From Mobula hypostoma (lineage: Eukaryota): DNA of 64,000 bases. Shown here piece by piece: positions 61,545-64,000 of this stretch. Numbering within the stretch: the stretch's first letter is position 1; every line of letters begins with the position of its first letter. The DNA is taken from positions 152,088,001-152,152,000 of the forward strand of contig NC_086097.1 in the NCBI RefSeq assembly GCF_963921235.1, written 5' to 3'. The position numbers and the translations under genes are program-made. Below the pieces are notes generated by a model. It did no database searches. It saw only the letters and a list, made by a program, of their open reading frames with translations, and was not told where the DNA came from.

Positions 61545-61813
61545 TTATTTTATTTATTAAGATACAGCATTATAACACTTTCGGCTCTTCAAGCCACAGC
61601 AATTTACTGATTTAACCGTAGTCTAATCAAGGGACAATGTACAATCACCAATTAACCTACAAAACAGAATATCTCTAGACGGTGAGAGGAACCTGTCACA
61701 CCCAGAGTAAACCCACGTGCACTCGGGAAGAAATGTATAAACTTGCTTATAGAGGATCCTAGAACTGAACTCCAGATTCCGTGGCGGCCCCTCCGTGGCG
61801 GCCCCACCGTGCC
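61545..61813 (-). mobile_element. V-SINE
   Basis: (TTTA)n tail; cacccagagtaaacccacgtg antisense V-domain; head has a local duplication of ccgtggcggcccc. Confidence 0.7.
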
Positions 61814-62149
61814 TCTGCTAAAAGTTCTGTAGCTAAAATTTTTGCAAAGTTCCTCTACAAGCAATATGGATATTATTTGTTATAACTTGCATTAATTTAT
61901 TTGGTATCTCTATATTTTCCTGTAAATACTTGCAAGGAAATTAATTTCAATGTAGTATATGGTGACATATACATACTTTGATAATAAGTTTACTTTACTT
62001 TGATACTGAAGATTATTAATTATAGAATTTCTCTTACTTAGATATTAGTTTTATGTGTGAGAAGGTCAAGAATGGGTGCAGAGGAGGTTTACAGGAAGAA
62101 CAAATCTCCAATTTTGTGAAAAGACTGAAGGATCAGGGATTGGATTCAG

Positions 62150-64000
62150 AAACAAAGAAACATTGATACATAGAAATATAGGAAACCTACACCACAATAC
62201 AGGACCTTCAGGCCACAATGCTGTGCCGAACATGTACTTACTTTGAAAGTACCTAGGGTTACCCATAGCCCTCTATTTTTCGAAGCTCCATGTATCTATC
62301 CAAGAGTCTCTTGAAAGACCCTACTGTATCTGCCTCCACTACTGTCACCACCAGCCCATTCAACGCACACACCACTCTCTGCATTTAAAAAAAAACTACC
62401 CCTCAAATCTCCTCTGTACCTACTTCCAAGCACCTTAAAACTGTATCCTCTCGTGTTAGCCATTACAGCCCAGGGAAAAAGCCTCTGACTATCCACACGA
62501 TCAATGCCTCTTATCACCTTGTACACCTCTATCAGGTCATCTCTCATCCTCTGTTGCTCCAAGGAGAAAAGGCCAAGTTCACTCAACCTATTCTCATAAG
62601 GCATGCTCCCCAATCCAGGCAACATCCTCGTAAATCTCCTCTGCACTCTTTCTATAATTTCCACATCTTTCCTGTAGTGAGGTGACCAGAACTGAGCACA
62701 GAACTCCAAGTGGGGTCTGACCAGGGTCCTATATAGCTGTATCATTACGTCTCGGCTCTTGAATTTAATCCCATTGTTGATGAAGGCCAATGTACCGTAT
62801 GCTGCCTTAACCATACAGTCAACCTACGCAACAGCTTTGAGTTTCCTATGGACTTGGACCCCAAAATCCCTCTGATCCTCCACACTGCCAGGAGCCTTAC
62901 CATTAATACTATATTCTGCAATCATATTTGACCTACCAAAATGAACCACCTCACACTTATCTGGGTTGAACTCCATCTGCCACTTCTCAGCCCAGTTTTG
63001 CATGCGATCAATGTCCCACTGTAACCTCTGACAACCCCCCACACTATCCACAACACCAGCAATCTTTGTGTCATAAGCATATTTACTAAACCCATCCCTC
63101 CACTTCCACATCCAGGTCATTTATAAAAATCACAAGGAGGAGGGGCTCCAGAACAGATCCCAAGGCACACCACTGGACACAAACTTCCATGCAGAATATG
63201 ACCTGGCTACAACCATTTTGCTTTCTGTGGGCAAGCCAACTCGGCATCCACAAAGCAAGGTCCTCTTGGATCTCATATCTTCTTACTTTCTCAATAAGCC
63301 TTGCATGGGGTACCTTGTCAAATGCCATAGACACCACATCTACTGCTCTACCTTCATCAATGTGTTTAGTCACATCTTCAGAAAATTCAATCAGGCTCGT
63401 AAGGCATGACCTACCTTTGACAAAGCCATGCTGACTATTCCTAATCATATTATGCCACTCCAAATGTTCATATACCCTGCCTCTCAGGATCTTTTCCATC
63501 AACTAACCAACCACTGAAGAAAGACTCACTCTTCTATAATTTCCTGGGCTATCTCTACTCCCTTTCTTGAATAAGGGAACAATATCTGCAACCCTCTAAT
63601 CCTCCAGAACCTCTCCTGTCCCCGGTGATAATGCAAAGATCATTGCTAGAGGCTCAGTAATCTCCTCCCTCACCTCCCAGAGTAGCCTAGGGTATATCTC
63701 TTCCAGTCCTGATGACTTATCCAACTTGATGCTTTCCAAGAGCACCAGCACACCCTCTTTCTTAATGTCTATATGCTCAAGCTTTTCAGTCCGCTGTAAG
63801 TCATCCCTACAATTGCCAATGTCCTTTTCCGTAGTGAATACTGAAGCAGAGCATTCATTAAGTACCTCCGCTGTCTCGTCCAGTTCTATACACACTTTTC
63901 CACTATCACACTTGATTGGTTCTATTCTCTCACATCTCATCCTCTTGCTCTTCACATACTCGTAGAATGCCTTGGGGTTTTTCTTTAATCCTGCTCACCA
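62150..64000 (-). mobile_element. CR1 LINE (young family), runs off the window edge
   Basis: ORFs 62296-62814, 62824-63120, 63086-63502, 63596-63955, closely similar to 10933-12809. Confidence 0.95.

Noticed and set aside
61002..61610. 202-aa ORF with internally mirrored content
   Set aside because: By-product of the Penelope inverted repeat; no protein motifs.
1..64000. CRISPR arrays, operons, rRNA or genuine tRNA genes
   Set aside because: Eukaryotic repeat-rich DNA; tRNA-like boxes occur only as SINE heads; no repeat-spacer arrays seen.

Overview
Vertebrate (eukaryotic) DNA; the repeat repertoire (CR1, Rex1/Babar, L2, Tx1, Penelope, V-SINE/Deu-SINE, Tc1) points to a cartilaginous fish, probably a ray (inference). 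No intact host protein-coding gene is visible: the window is intronic or intergenic, and most of it is nested, decayed transposable elements separated by AT-rich unique blocks that may hold conserved non-coding elements. Highlights: (1) a Gypsy-like LTR element (49004-51817) whose pol region is replaced by an apparently intron-less ~550-bp fragment of the host splicing factor RBM25 (RRM domain); (2) a young Penelope-like insertion (60954-61506, 11-bp TSD) forming a ~236-bp inverted repeat with a minimal hammerhead ribozyme motif on each strand; (3) a 384-bp retroposon with a 9-bp TSD (30007-30390) containing an HDV-like ribozyme fold; (4) three copies of a non-coding ~650-bp retroposon that starts with a YY1-type motif. 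All calls come from manual reading. Boundaries of old repeats are approximate and family names need RepeatMasker/Dfam confirmation.
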